A stretch of 40,000 bases of DNA from Thalassomonas actiniarum (GTDB lineage Bacteria > Pseudomonadota > Gammaproteobacteria > Enterobacterales > Alteromonadaceae). The DNA lies in contig NZ_CP059735.1 in the NCBI RefSeq assembly GCF_000948975.2, positions 4,422,603 to 4,462,602 on the forward strand, read 5' to 3'. The notes below the pieces were generated by a model. It worked only from the letters and a program-made list of their open reading frames with translations. It made no database searches and was not told the origin of the DNA. Position 1 is the first letter of the stretch. Every line of letters begins with the position of its first letter. This document shows, piece after piece, positions 1-9,196 of this stretch. The position numbers and the translations under genes were made by a program.

Positions 1-1695
1 TATCCCTGTTCCCTGGGTGGTCCGGGTTAATTCATCGCCACCACGATAGAAGAGTTCAAAAATCTTACTTTCCTGCTCCGGGGTTATTCCTTGACCATAG
101 TCCCGTATTTCCATTTGAATCAGCTGCTTAGACTTAGCATGCTGACGAAAGATAAAATCAATTTTTTGCCGGCCGGCATCATTGATCTGCTCCTGGTCAA
201 AAAACTTAACGGCATTGTCGGTAATATTAATGATCACCTGGGAAAAGGCGTCCTTATCAACAAAAACCAACATCTCCGCGGCGTTAGCTATTTCAACCAT
301 CATATTTTGCTGAAAGCCATGCTTGTCAATTAGCGACGATGTTTTAGAGCGAATTATATCCAGTAAAACCGTCAGCGGCGTATGTTCCGGCTGTACGGCC
401 TGTTGCTGATGGCTCAGTTTAGAAAGCTGCAGAATATTATTGATCAAGCGCGTAAGGCGCTCACTTTCAGCATAGATAAACTCATAATACTCTTTCTGAT
501 ATTCTTCGGATATTACCGTGCCCTCTTTCAGCATTTGCGAATACATTTGAATGGAGGTAAGCGGCGTTTTTAACTCATGGCTGACCGAAGAGACAAAGTT
601 AAGCCTCTGCTCCCCTAATGCCAGTTGCTTGACACTCAAACGATAAAAGCCATAACAGGCGGACAAAATGGCCGCAATCAGCACAATAATAAAAACGCTG
701 CTATAGACCATAGCCGGTGTCATAGGGAGCGAGTTGGTCGACAGGGACAGGGAATAGCCATCATAAGGCCAGCGAAGCCTGTTACTGTATATCACTTGTT
801 GCTGAAAACGCGGCTCGGCTTGTTGCTCCCGGCTCACTTTTACCTGACCGTCAGGCAAGTTTTGATAGAAAAAATACTCGGGCTCGGTGGAGTACTTTAC
901 ATCCTCTAGCTTAATCATTATCGGGCTGTCAAAACGTCTCTGTTCCAGCACTTCGGTCAATAATTGAAACAGGTAAGGTTCGCGCTCCACCAAATAACCT
1001 TGCAATCGGCTTTGCTCTGCCACCGAAACAACCCGGTAGAAAATAAAATAACCGGGAATATCAAAAGCCATAGTAAATAAATACTGCTTTTCACCTAAAC
1101 CATCGTGGAGTCGTTGCTGTATTGTTTTGGACTGAGACAGGAGCTGGTAGATGTTAACTGCCGTTTCTTTGCGTACCAGCAATTCCGGACCTAACGCCGG
1201 ATTTAACGGCTGAGCTAACGCCTGTTGCCCGGCTTTATCCGTATCCTCTTTGGACAGGCTGCTGTCAGATAAAACATAGGGCCAGATTGGACTGTTAAAA
1301 TCTCCCTGGCTGTTATATTGAAAAAAGCCAACTAACCCGTCTAATTGTTGCGAAATTTTGGGCTGGGCAAAGTCTAATTGCGCCAGAGGCGACAGCACCT
1401 GCTGCGACTGCCGGGTAACCGGATTATATACCTGCTGATAATACTCAAATGCGTCCGCAGGTAAGGCGTTGGTGAGCATTCTTCTTTTCGCCAAGGTTCT
1501 TTCTGTTACCTGAACCAGGCTGCTTGCTTCACGCTGATACTGTTCGAGTAAATTTTTCTCGATTTGCAAAAAGCCGAAATACAGCAAGATCCCCAGGGGA
1601 ATCAATAAACACAGCAAAAACCCTATGGCTAAATAACGTAACCGGCGCAAACGCTGAGCATAATTAAGCAAATGATTATTTGGAAAAATCCGCAC
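1..1695 (-). CDS. Sensor histidine kinase, partial (C-terminal end lies beyond the window start)
   Basis: Absent from the ORF track because it has no in-window stop. Hand translation of the minus strand starts at GTG 1695, preceded in frame by TGA at 1707-1705. It reads VRIFPNNHLLNYAQRLRRLRYLAIGFLLCLLIPLG (TM1), SSVFIIVLIAAILSACYGF (TM2), the H-box NFVSSVSHELKTPLTSI, and at bases 126-1 QLIQMEIRDYGQGITPEQESKIFELFYRGGDELTRTTQGTGI (HATPase G1/G2 boxes). The frame is open to base 1. Confidence 0.85.
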   Translation of the reverse strand, partial: MRIFPNNHLLNYAQRLRRLRYLAIGFLLCLLIPLGILLYFGFLQIEKNLLEQYQREASSLVQVTERTLAKRRMLTNALPADAFEYYQQVYNPVTRQSQQVLSPLAQLDFAQPKISQQLDGLVGFFQYNSQGDFNSPIWPYVLSDSSLSKEDTDKAGQQALAQPLNPALGPELLVRKETAVNIYQLLSQSKTIQQRLHDGLGEKQYLFTMAFDIPGYFIFYRVVSVAEQSRLQGYLVEREPYLFQLLTEVLEQRRFDSPIMIKLEDVKYSTEPEYFFYQNLPDGQVKVSREQQAEPRFQQQVIYSNRLRWPYDGYSLSLSTNSLPMTPAMVYSSVFIIVLIAAILSACYGFYRLSVKQLALGEQRLNFVSSVSHELKTPLTSIQMYSQMLKEGTVISEEYQKEYYEFIYAESERLTRLINNILQLSKLSHQQQAVQPEHTPLTVLLDIIRSKTSSLIDKHGFQQNMMVEIANAAEMLVFVDKDAFSQVIINITDNAVKFFDQEQINDAGRQKIDFIFRQHAKSKQLIQMEIRDYGQGITPEQESKIFELFYRGGDELTRTTQGTGI

Positions 1696-1727
1696 TTTAG
1701 CTACTCACCCTTTTCAAAAACATCAAG

Positions 1728-2423
1728 TTAAACAACATGTAGTTGATACCCTTCGCCGCGGTGGGTCACTAAATGCCGGGGAGATTTGGGATCTGTCTCT
1801 ATTTTCTTACGGATTTTGGCGATATGGATATCAACCGTGCGCGTATCGATATCACAGGTGGTTTTATAACCCCATACCTGCCTGAGCAACTCATCACGGG
1901 AAACGGGTTTATGCTGACGCTGCAGATAATCTAAAATTTCCACTTCGCGGCGGGTATATTTTATTTCCTGCTGATAAGAACTACCGGTGAGTGTTTGCGT
2001 GCAAATAAATACGCCATCACTGAGTACCAACTTATTATCAGTGCCGGTCCAGCCCGAACGCCTGATCAGGGCATTGACACGCAACACCAGTTCGGAGGTA
2101 GAAAACGGCTTGGCAACATAATCGTCAGCGCCAAGCGTCAAACCGTTAATGATATCTTCTTCGGAATTCTTTGCCGTCAACATCATAATGGGCTGGGTGC
2201 GGGAGTGCTGCCTCAGCTTATTACAAATTTCAAAACCATTGATAGACGGCAACATCACATCCAGGATAATACAGGCATACTGACTGGCCAATGCCCGGGT
2301 TAAGCCTTTTTGGCCATCGCTCTCGCTTTCAACCTGATAACCGTGAAAGACAAATAAATCTGTCAGGCCTCTTAAGATATGGGGTTCATCTTCTACGATC
2401 AGAAGTTTAGGTTTGATGCTCAA
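1728..2423 (-). CDS. OmpR/PhoB-family response regulator (receiver plus winged-helix output domain)
   Basis: 231-aa ORF. Receiver motifs are LLIVEDE, ILDVMLP (acceptor Asp) and MLTAK. The C-terminal output domain reads TRREVEILDYL...VWG...TRTVDIHIAKIRKKIE...GEGY. Its stop is 32 nt upstream of the kinase start on the same strand. Confidence 0.92.
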   Translation of the reverse strand: MSIKPKLLIVEDEPHILRGLTDLFVFHGYQVESESDGQKGLTRALASQYACIILDVMLPSINGFEICNKLRQHSRTQPIMMLTAKNSEEDIINGLTLGADDYVAKPFSTSELVLRVNALIRRSGWTGTDNKLVLSDGVFICTQTLTGSSYQQEIKYTRREVEILDYLQRQHKPVSRDELLRQVWGYKTTCDIDTRTVDIHIAKIRKKIETDPKSPRHLVTHRGEGYQLHVV

Positions 2424-2653
2424 ATTATTACCTTATTATTGTTATTGATACTGCCGGGTGAAGCTTCCGGAACAATTAGATCCTAAGTGTTCAAGATACA
2501 GGGGTTGGACAAAATCACGTGTAAACTTTTGTAAAATTTACCCCGTAGAATTTTTACTTTTCCTGCCTGTTTTAACGTTAAGCGCCTTTCTATAGTAGCC
2601 CTATCAGCTCACCTGTTGATAACAGGCATGAACATTAATACATCGAGTAGATT

Positions 2654-3910
2654 ATGGATATAGTTAGGCCGAATAAAAAAAATAAATTAAGTAAAAAAAT
2701 ACTGCTGATAATCAGCCTGTTAATCACGTTAACCCTGATTTTATTCTTGCTGTTTAACAAAAGCCGAGCCTCATACCTGGCAGATAAAGACAGCTTGTTA
2801 ATCGCTACCGTGCAGCGGGGAGAGCTTAACATTTCGGTGCGTGGCACCGGGGTACTGGCGCCGAAAGATATTCGCTGGATAGCCACCAATGTACCGGCCC
2901 GGGTTGAACGGGTGCTAAAAAAAGCAGGCGCCAAAGTAAAAAAAGGTGATCTGCTGCTGGAACTGAGTAACCCGCAATTGCAGCAACAATTAACGCAGGC
3001 CCGATGGCAGCTCCAGGCATTGGAGGCAGAAACACGGGCACGGCAAGTTGCCTTAGAATCTGATTTGTTGGATCAGGAAATTGCGGTGATCAATGAAAAA
3101 CTGAATTTTAATAAAAGTCAGTTAACGCTGGACGCCCAAAAAGAGCTTCTGGACCAGGGCATAGTCGCCATCTCCAAAATCGACTATGAAGAAGTGAAAA
3201 TTAACGTCGCACAATATAAGCAGCGCTGGGATCTTGAACAAAGACGCTTAGATAAAAGACGGGAAAACCTCAAGGCACAGGTAGAGGCAAATGAAGCCAG
3301 GCTAAGCAGTATGCGTAAAAGCGTAGAGCGCATTGAGCAGCAAGTCGCCGGTTTACAAGTAACAGCGACTATGGACAGCATAGTGCAGGACATGCCGATG
3401 GAACTGGGCCAGCAAGTCAATGCCGGCACCAACCTGGCGATGCTTGCCAGAACCGATCGCTTTATTGCCGAACTTCGCATTCCGGAAAAGCAAATTAAAG
3501 ACGTCGTCATCGGCCAGAAAGTCACCCTGGATACCCGCAGCAGTAAAATTCCGGGCAGAGTGCAACGCATTGATCCCGCCGTGCTTAACAGCTCAGTGCA
3601 AATTGATGTTGAACTGCTTGGCCCCCTGCCCAAAGAAGTCCGCCCTGAGCTCACCGTAGATGGCGTCATTGAAATCACCACCATCGCCGACACCCTGTTT
3701 GTTAAACGTCCTATGTTTGCCACCAGCTTCAGTCAGTCCAGTGTTTACCTGATAGACAAACAAGGCGGCTACGCCAATAAACACGGGGTGACCTTTGGCA
3801 ATATGTCCAGCCAATACATCCAAATCGAGCAGGGATTAAAAGAAGGTGAAAGCATCATAGTGTCAGACAGTTCGAGCTGGCAACAACATCAACAAATTCA
3901 TATCAATTAG
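2654..3910 (+). CDS. HlyD/MacA-type periplasmic adaptor (membrane fusion protein)
   Basis: 418 aa. It has an N-terminal membrane anchor (ILLIISLLITLTLILFLLF), a long coiled-coil (QLQQQLTQARWQLQALEAETRA...) and a beta-barrel-like C-terminal part. It is divergent from the two-component genes and sits immediately upstream of the ABC ATPase. Confidence 0.85.
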   Translation: MDIVRPNKKNKLSKKILLIISLLITLTLILFLLFNKSRASYLADKDSLLIATVQRGELNISVRGTGVLAPKDIRWIATNVPARVERVLKKAGAKVKKGDLLLELSNPQLQQQLTQARWQLQALEAETRARQVALESDLLDQEIAVINEKLNFNKSQLTLDAQKELLDQGIVAISKIDYEEVKINVAQYKQRWDLEQRRLDKRRENLKAQVEANEARLSSMRKSVERIEQQVAGLQVTATMDSIVQDMPMELGQQVNAGTNLAMLARTDRFIAELRIPEKQIKDVVIGQKVTLDTRSSKIPGRVQRIDPAVLNSSVQIDVELLGPLPKEVRPELTVDGVIEITTIADTLFVKRPMFATSFSQSSVYLIDKQGGYANKHGVTFGNMSSQYIQIEQGLKEGESIIVSDSSSWQQHQQIHIN

Positions 3911-3919
3911 GAGCATCGC

Positions 3920-4690
3920 ATGGCACAAACAACCAATAACAACAGCGCCATTCATCCGGCTAAGCCGCCGGTATTAGTCGAGCTAAAAGGACTCAATAAA
4001 GTATTTGTCAGCGACGAAGTCGAAACCAGGGCACTGGATAACATCAACTTAACCATAGTTAAAGGAGAATACCTGGCCATTACCGGGCCGTCCGGGTGTG
4101 GTAAGTCGACCCTGCTGTCTTTACTGGGGCTGCTGGACACCCCCAGCGCAGGTATCTATCAACTTGCCGGGCATAATGCCTCGAACATTAACGCCGATGA
4201 ACGCGCCAGGATCCGCAATAAAGAAATTGGTTTTGTCTTTCAGTCATTTAATTTGATCAGTGACTTAACGGTGGCAGAAAATATTGAACTGCCTCTGACC
4301 TACCGAACGGACCTCAGTCACAAGCAACGCCAGGACATGATGTATGCATCCCTGATAAAAGTCGATTTGGTTCACCGCGCCAACCACTACCCTTCCCAGC
4401 TTTCCGGCGGACAGCAACAAAGGGTTGCCGTTGCCCGGGCCATTGCCGGCAAACCGGCGATTATTCTTGCCGATGAACCCACCGGGAACCTGGATTCTAA
4501 AAATGCCCAATCGGTGATGGCCCTGCTTGATGAATTGCATCAAGACGGCGCCACCATCTGCATGGTTACCCATGATCCTGCTTCGGCGGCTCGCAGCCAG
4601 CGTATTATTGAAGTATTTGATGGTCAGATCATATCGGATAAACCCGCCACAGCCCCGGCCACCATAACATCGTCAGCCGTTGCGGTATAA
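3920..4690 (+). CDS. ABC transporter ATP-binding protein (MacB/LolD-type)
   Basis: Walker [10 protein letters not shown], signature [14 protein letters not shown], Walker [13 protein letters not shown], and an H-loop in VTHD. It starts 9 nt after the adaptor stop. Confidence 0.93.
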   Translation: MAQTTNNNSAIHPAKPPVLVELKGLNKVFVSDEVETRALDNINLTIVKGEYLAITGPSGCGKSTLLSLLGLLDTPSAGIYQLAGHNASNINADERARIRNKEIGFVFQSFNLISDLTVAENIELPLTYRTDLSHKQRQDMMYASLIKVDLVHRANHYPSQLSGGQQQRVAVARAIAGKPAIILADEPTGNLDSKNAQSVMALLDELHQDGATICMVTHDPASAARSQRIIEVFDGQIISDKPATAPATITSSAVAV

Positions 4691-4709
4691 GTAAAGTGAA
4701 GGAAAACCT

Positions 4710-7220
4710 ATGTCTTTTTGGATTGATATAAAATACGCAATCAGGTTATTGCTGAAAAAACCTGTTTTTACTACAACCTCAATACTGATTGTTGCTATCG
4801 GCTTAGCCCTGACCCTATATACCTTTTCTTTACTTAACCAGCTTATTTTTAAGCCCCTTACCTTCAATGGCGACAGTCAGCTGATCGCCATTGAAGGTGA
4901 GTTTGCACACACTCATGGCAGAGGACAAAGCGCAGATCCCTACCATCTGAACCAGATAAGTGCCGAAAGCGAACTGCTGCAAGGCATGAGCCTGTACCAT
5001 ACCGGAGTCAGAACCATAGCCGGTTTGGACAAAGCATCAGGGTCAAGAAAAGTTCACCTCAGTTATAGCCAGTGGAACCTGTTTGAAGTGGCCGGTGTCC
5101 AGCCGATATTAGGCCGGGGATTTACCCCGCAAGATCAGGACATAGGGGCAGAATCTGTCATCATACTCAGTTACGGGGTATGGCAAAACCAGTTTGCCGG
5201 CAACAAGGATATTATCGGCACCACAGTAGAAATTGAAGCCATGCCTAAGCGGGTGATCGGCGTAATGCCCGAAGGTTTTGCCTTTCCTGCCATTACCCAA
5301 GTCTGGCAAATCATGAGGGTATCAAGGTTCAGCCCTACCCAGCCTTCAAACAGCCTTGGTCTAAAGGCTGTAGCACGTTTAAAACAGGGAATCTCATTGA
5401 CCCGGTTCCAGCAAGAAATGCGGGACATATTACAAAGGCACTTTCAAACCTTACCCCAGGATTTTGCCTGGCGCCTCTCCTCTCCCGGCGGGTATATAAG
5501 AGCTTTTCCCTTTAAATTAACCAATGACGCGGTATTTCATCATTACCCGGTTTTTGTTGCCATGTTGATTGTGGTGCTGCTGATCTTGCTGCTGACCTGC
5601 ATTAATCTGGGTAATTTACTCTTGGTTCGGGTCAACGAGCGCATTAAGGAAGTGGCAATCCGCATCTCCCTGGGTATCCCCAGAAAACGCCTGGTGTTGC
5701 AAATGCTCTGGGAAAGCATCTTTATTTGCTCTCTCGGCGGCCTGACGGCATTTTTTCTCGCCAGCTGGGGTGTACATATCACCAATAACGCCTTTGACCA
5801 GATTTTTACCGTCAATGGCGAGCGGCCTTTTTGGTGGCAGCTTAGTTTAGACATGGATGCGATAATAGTGCTGCTAGTTGCCGTCGTCTTAATGATTGTT
5901 GTTACCGGGTTTATTCCTGCCTGGCGCGCCCTGTCGGGTGACTTAAATGCGGTATTAAGAGACGGTACCCGGGGCGCCCTGGGGAAAAAGGCTGGCCGGG
6001 CAAACAAATTACTTGTGGTAACGGAAATTTCCCTATCCTGTGTGGTCTTAGTGGTTGCCACTATGCTGCTCAGCACCGGCTACTCGGCACAAAATGCCGA
6101 TTATGGTGTCGATACCGACAACAGAATAACAGCAGCAGTACATTTAGCCTGGGGCAGCTATCCCTGGAGCGGTGGCTCGCCTGAGGCAAGAAAGAAACGG
6201 AATGACACTTATTACCGGTTAAAGGACGAATTGGAGCAACTGCCAAATATCCATAGCGTTGCCTATTTCAGCAGCTTGCCCGGCACGGGCGGAGGCAGCT
6301 CTCACGTTGAAATTCAGGGCAAAGCGGCTGAGGTCTTTAACGAAAATCCGCTGTGGAACTTTAACGTTGTCAGCCGGGATGCCTGGGGTGCGGTAGGCAT
6401 GAAAATAATCGAAGGCCGGAATTTTGACCTGAGAGATCTGGCGAGCGACAGCAGGGCTCTTGCCGACACCGAATCCCCGGTCATTATCAATGCCGCCATG
6501 GCCAGGGATCTTTTCCCCAATGGCGACGCCATTGGCCAGCGTCTGCGCACGGTTGATGGCGAAGGCTGGCAAACAGAGTGGCGCACCGTCATAGGTATTG
6601 TCTCTGACAGTATTCACGGCGCTACCATGCAGTCCACCAGCACGCAGCATAGCGGTTATGGCCTGATGGACAGGCGAAACTGGCGCATGAATATCGTGAT
6701 GCACTATTCTGGCCCACAGTCCCAGGCGGAAATTGCATTACAACAAACCATCAACAAGCTAGGCGCGGACGTCACTGTCTATCATATGCAAAGCTATGAC
6801 AACTTAATTGAGCAGCCGGTGATGCTGGTAAATGCCGTTAACAAAATCTTTTTATGGTGTGGCCTGGTAGCCTTATTTCTTGCTGCCAGTGGTATTTATG
6901 CAGTTGCCGCCAACAGCATTACCTTGAGGAATCAGGAAATCGCTACCCGGCGTGCCCTGGGCGCCCGTAACAGCCAGGTAATTAAATTGTTTTTGAATCA
7001 GGCGGGTATACAACTACTGTTTGGCCTTGCCCTGGGCATATCGCTATCGCTCTGGATTGTCAGCCAGATCAGCCAATCAATTATCATCAATGGCAACAGC
7101 TATGTGATTGGTTTGCTGGGGATCCCGATATTCATTACTGCTATGGTATTAACAGCAACCTATATCCCAAGCAGTAAAATAATAAAGCAGGAGCCTAGTG
7201 AAGGGTTACGCCAAAGTTAG
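4710..7220 (+). CDS. ABC transporter permease with duplicated MacB-PCD/FtsX-like modules
   Basis: 836 aa. An N-terminal TM and a large periplasmic region are followed by a 3-TM bundle, and this pattern occurs twice (second copy about aa 440-836). The architecture is typical of double-FtsX permeases. It completes an adaptor-ATPase-permease operon. Confidence 0.85.
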   Translation: MSFWIDIKYAIRLLLKKPVFTTTSILIVAIGLALTLYTFSLLNQLIFKPLTFNGDSQLIAIEGEFAHTHGRGQSADPYHLNQISAESELLQGMSLYHTGVRTIAGLDKASGSRKVHLSYSQWNLFEVAGVQPILGRGFTPQDQDIGAESVIILSYGVWQNQFAGNKDIIGTTVEIEAMPKRVIGVMPEGFAFPAITQVWQIMRVSRFSPTQPSNSLGLKAVARLKQGISLTRFQQEMRDILQRHFQTLPQDFAWRLSSPGGYIRAFPFKLTNDAVFHHYPVFVAMLIVVLLILLLTCINLGNLLLVRVNERIKEVAIRISLGIPRKRLVLQMLWESIFICSLGGLTAFFLASWGVHITNNAFDQIFTVNGERPFWWQLSLDMDAIIVLLVAVVLMIVVTGFIPAWRALSGDLNAVLRDGTRGALGKKAGRANKLLVVTEISLSCVVLVVATMLLSTGYSAQNADYGVDTDNRITAAVHLAWGSYPWSGGSPEARKKRNDTYYRLKDELEQLPNIHSVAYFSSLPGTGGGSSHVEIQGKAAEVFNENPLWNFNVVSRDAWGAVGMKIIEGRNFDLRDLASDSRALADTESPVIINAAMARDLFPNGDAIGQRLRTVDGEGWQTEWRTVIGIVSDSIHGATMQSTSTQHSGYGLMDRRNWRMNIVMHYSGPQSQAEIALQQTINKLGADVTVYHMQSYDNLIEQPVMLVNAVNKIFLWCGLVALFLAASGIYAVAANSITLRNQEIATRRALGARNSQVIKLFLNQAGIQLLFGLALGISLSLWIVSQISQSIIINGNSYVIGLLGIPIFITAMVLTATYIPSSKIIKQEPSEGLRQS

Positions 7221-7364
7221 GACATCACTATGCAAATAACTAAGCGAATAGTTAAGCAAATAACCAAAAAGTAATTAAAACTTGGACAGGCCAAGTTATA
7301 TTGATGACTAAGCCAGGCTGGTGGCAGTGGTTAACTGCAGCCGCCCGGCTTATTGCTTATCAAT

Positions 7365-7389
7365 AAAAAAACACCACGCTTTCAGCGTG
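7365..7389 (-). terminator. Candidate intrinsic terminator downstream of the symE-like gene
   Basis: On the minus strand, a CACGCT-gaa-AGCGTG hairpin (6-bp stem, 3-nt loop) is followed after 3 nt by TTTTTTT. It lies about 17 nt after the stop at 7407. The stem is short, so this is tentative. Confidence 0.4.
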
Positions 7390-7406
7390 TCCGGCTCTAC
7401 ATAAGC

Positions 7407-7676
7407 CTATTCAGGCGTGACATTCTTAGGTGTGATAATAATTTCTTCCTGATTTATCACAACACTGACTTTATGGCCAACAGGAAAACCGGCTTGTCGC
7501 AGCCACTTGCCCCTGAGTACAATACAAGGTTCAAGATGAACGGGCACATAGTTAATGCCGAGGCCGCGGGTTTTCCCTGCTGACTCGCAGGTGGTCTCCA
7601 ACACGGTAAGTTGTCGATAAATAGGATATTTTACTTTTGCCGAGTCTGGCTCTGACGTATGATGACATTCAGCCAT
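7407..7676 (-). CDS. symE: SymE-family type I toxin-like protein (AbrB/SpoVT-fold)
   Basis: 89 aa. The segment LRGKWLRQAGFPVGHKVSVVINQEEIIITP matches my recollection of the E. coli SymE core [29 protein letters not shown], and YRQLTVL matches NRQLTVS. An SD GGAG lies 7 nt before the ATG. Confidence 0.75.
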   Translation of the reverse strand: MAECHHTSEPDSAKVKYPIYRQLTVLETTCESAGKTRGLGINYVPVHLEPCIVLRGKWLRQAGFPVGHKVSVVINQEEIIITPKNVTPE

Positions 7677-7745
7677 GACGTACTCCTATGAAGTTCGTTG
7701 TGGTTAGCGACCTCTGGGTGTTGGCGCACTCAGGGGTTGCGACTT
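7670..7745 (+). ncRNA. Hypothetical SymR-like antisense RNA over the symE start and RBS
   Basis: A plus-strand promoter-like TTGCCG (7637-7642), 15 nt, TATGAT (7658-7663) is embedded in the symE coding sequence. The predicted start at about 7670 is antisense to the symE ATG (7676-7674) and SD. An RNA hairpin at 7711-7736 (CCUCUGGGUG / CACUCAGGGG; 10 bp including 2 G:U pairs; 6-nt loop) is followed by a U-rich tract. This is purely a prediction. Confidence 0.3.
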
Positions 7746-8432
7746 TGATTGTTGCTGTTACCGCTTCACTTGTATGGTAACAGCGGTGCTTGAATAGAAA
7801 ATATTGAGGTAAGTGCTCTCCTTTGTTGAATGGATAGCACTATAAATAAAGACCATTAAACTGGCTAAATCAACAGGAAAATGGTCTTTATTTATGATTA
7901 ATTTGAGATGAATTTCTAATGAGATATCATTGCTTGAACAAGCTAACGCAAGAAACCTAAATTTACTTATTTATCATAAGCATAAGAACAAAATACAGCT
8001 GACAAAAATATCATTGCTATTAAAATTTTAATTGCATTTTTCTTAAAAACTAACGCAACACTCACCGGCTATTTCTACCATATTTATTTTCTATGTCTTG
8101 CTGCGCTAGCCTGACAATTTTACCGGGCACGAAACTGTTTATTTTCATAACCATAGAGCCTCAAGATTTACTAACAATTTTGGATTCCTAAAAATTTATA
8201 TGCTGCTGACAAACCATATGCAACATATGCAATAAGGAAGTCACCTTTGCTTTTTAGTTTTCTGCTGAAATGGGCATACTAAGCACATAAAAAATGCAAA
8301 ATGAATCGCAATAACTCCTGATAATCATAACAACTCAGCAATTTAAATTTCATTTAAATAAAAGTAAAAGCTATGTTAACATATTTTCGCAATCAAAATT
8401 GCATACAATATAAAATATAAGGAAATGTAATA

Positions 8433-8639
8433 ATGAAATCTAAATTAAAGCTTTTAGCACTTGTTTCTACTATGACTTCAGCTTTCGTTTTTAGCACAGC
8501 GTCTCAGGCTAATTATAACTGCTGGGTAGATGCCTGGTATGCTAGCTGTATCGAAGGTGGCACACCTGAGAGCTTTTGCAAAAGAATTGCTGATGACCTG
8601 AGAGAAGAAGAGTGTCGCGGTACTGGCGGCCGTAATTAA
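8433..8639 (+). CDS. Small secreted Cys-rich peptide (68-aa precursor, about 42-aa mature form)
   Basis: Sec-type signal MKSKLKLLALVSTMTSAFVFSTASQA followed by NYNCWVDAWYASCIEGGTPESFCKRIADDLREEECRGTGGRN (4 Cys). An SD-like AAGGAA lies upstream and a strong terminator lies downstream. Confidence 0.6.
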   Translation: MKSKLKLLALVSTMTSAFVFSTASQANYNCWVDAWYASCIEGGTPESFCKRIADDLREEECRGTGGRN

Positions 8640-8660
8640 TTGAGCGGCAATATTTGATTT

Positions 8661-8698
8661 CTGCCAAAGTCCCCTTAAAGGTTCTTTGGCAGTTTTTG
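8661..8698 (+). terminator. Rho-independent terminator
   Basis: A perfect 9-bp stem, CTGCCAAAG (8661-8669) / CTTTGGCAG (8684-8692), is followed by TTTTTG. Confidence 0.8.
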
Positions 8699-8843
8699 TA
8701 GGTCAAACCACCATATCAAGTGCTGAGAAAAGCTGTGAAAACGGCGGACAGCCAAAAACCTATTTATAGCGATTAAATATATATTCCAGCTCTGTCGCAC
8801 AGCGGCTTGGCCATTCTTCGGACGGGTTTTGTTAAGTATAAAT

Positions 8844-8990
8844 CTACTCAACTACATCTTTTAAATAAAGAGATCTTTCAATTATAAGTGCTTCATCTTC
8901 CGTAAAGTCAGTTTTTGTGAATAGCCTTTTGAGGCTTAATAGTAGAAAAGTTATTGCCAATAGTGAAAAGAAAAAAGACTCTAAATCCAT
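8844..8990 (-). CDS. Possible 48-aa single-TM peptide just beyond the last attC (below the ORF-track size cutoff)
   Basis: Hand translation: MDLESFFFSLLAITFLLLSLKRLFTKTDFTEDEALIIERSLYLKDVVE. The SD is weak and nothing is recognisable. Confidence 0.25.
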   Translation of the reverse strand: MDLESFFFSLLAITFLLLSLKRLFTKTDFTEDEALIIERSLYLKDVVE

Positions 8991-9115
8991 AGCCTATAGA
9001 TTTGTACAATAAGGCCCCCCTCTACAGTAAGAACTTCCCAAAAAAGAGATAGCAGACAAGATAATGGCCGCCAATAAATAAATTAACGTTAATATCGGTT
9101 TGAATACACCTTGTA

Positions 9116-9196
9116 CCTACGCCTGTGTATGAAGGTTTTAATAAAAGTGACGCGCAGCAGCATTTATCGAAACTCCTGCATGACACACTTATTATG
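9116..9196 (-). repeat. attC of cassette 14, degenerate (array terminus)
   Basis: A paralog of the attC at 17450-17537; shared blocks are tgtgtatga, ttttaataaaag and tcctgcatgacacactt. Both core boxes are decayed: cctacgcc instead of cctaacgc, and cttattat instead of cttgttac. Confidence 0.6.

Noticed and set aside
91-909. Three plus-strand ORFs (91-333, 382-573, 625-909)
   Set aside because: They lie antisense within the clearly recognisable histidine kinase reading frame (H-box and G-boxes on the minus strand). They are shadow ORFs.
1995-7220. Many ORFs of 60-180 aa antisense or out of frame inside the regulator, adaptor, ATPase and permease genes (for example 1995-2303, 2635-2934, 2826-3041, 3184-3723, 3353-3565, 4265-4573, 5543-6076, 6219-6704)
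   Set aside because: They are fully embedded in genes with strong family motifs. Their composition is low-complexity and Ser/Arg/Ala-rich, typical of shadow frames, and they lack an SD.
7353-7583. Plus-strand 76-aa ORF opposite the symE-like gene
   Set aside because: It overlaps the better-supported SymE-like ORF and its terminator. It has no motif and no SD.
7677-7850. Search for a LexA (SOS) box upstream of the symE-like gene, as in E. coli
   Set aside because: The only CTGT...ACAG pair (7755-7783) is spaced 21 nt apart as part of a 9-bp hairpin (GCTGTTACC/GGTAACAGC), not the N8 spacing of an SOS box.
7941-8057. Two 9-mers identical to attC left boxes: agctaacgc at 7941-7949 (as at 13122 and 13887) and aactaacgc at 8049-8057 (as at 15480). 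They might mark relic attC sites beyond the array.
   Set aside because: No complementary right arm (cttgtta plus a matching stem) follows within 120 bp. Single 9-mer matches are not far from chance expectation in 40 kb. At most they are decayed half-sites.
8760-8840. Possible 15th attC (ggttttgttaagt at 8826-8838) after the 48-aa ORF
   Set aside because: No matching left arm or R' box could be paired with it. The preceding attC (9116-9196) is already degenerate, so I place the array end there.
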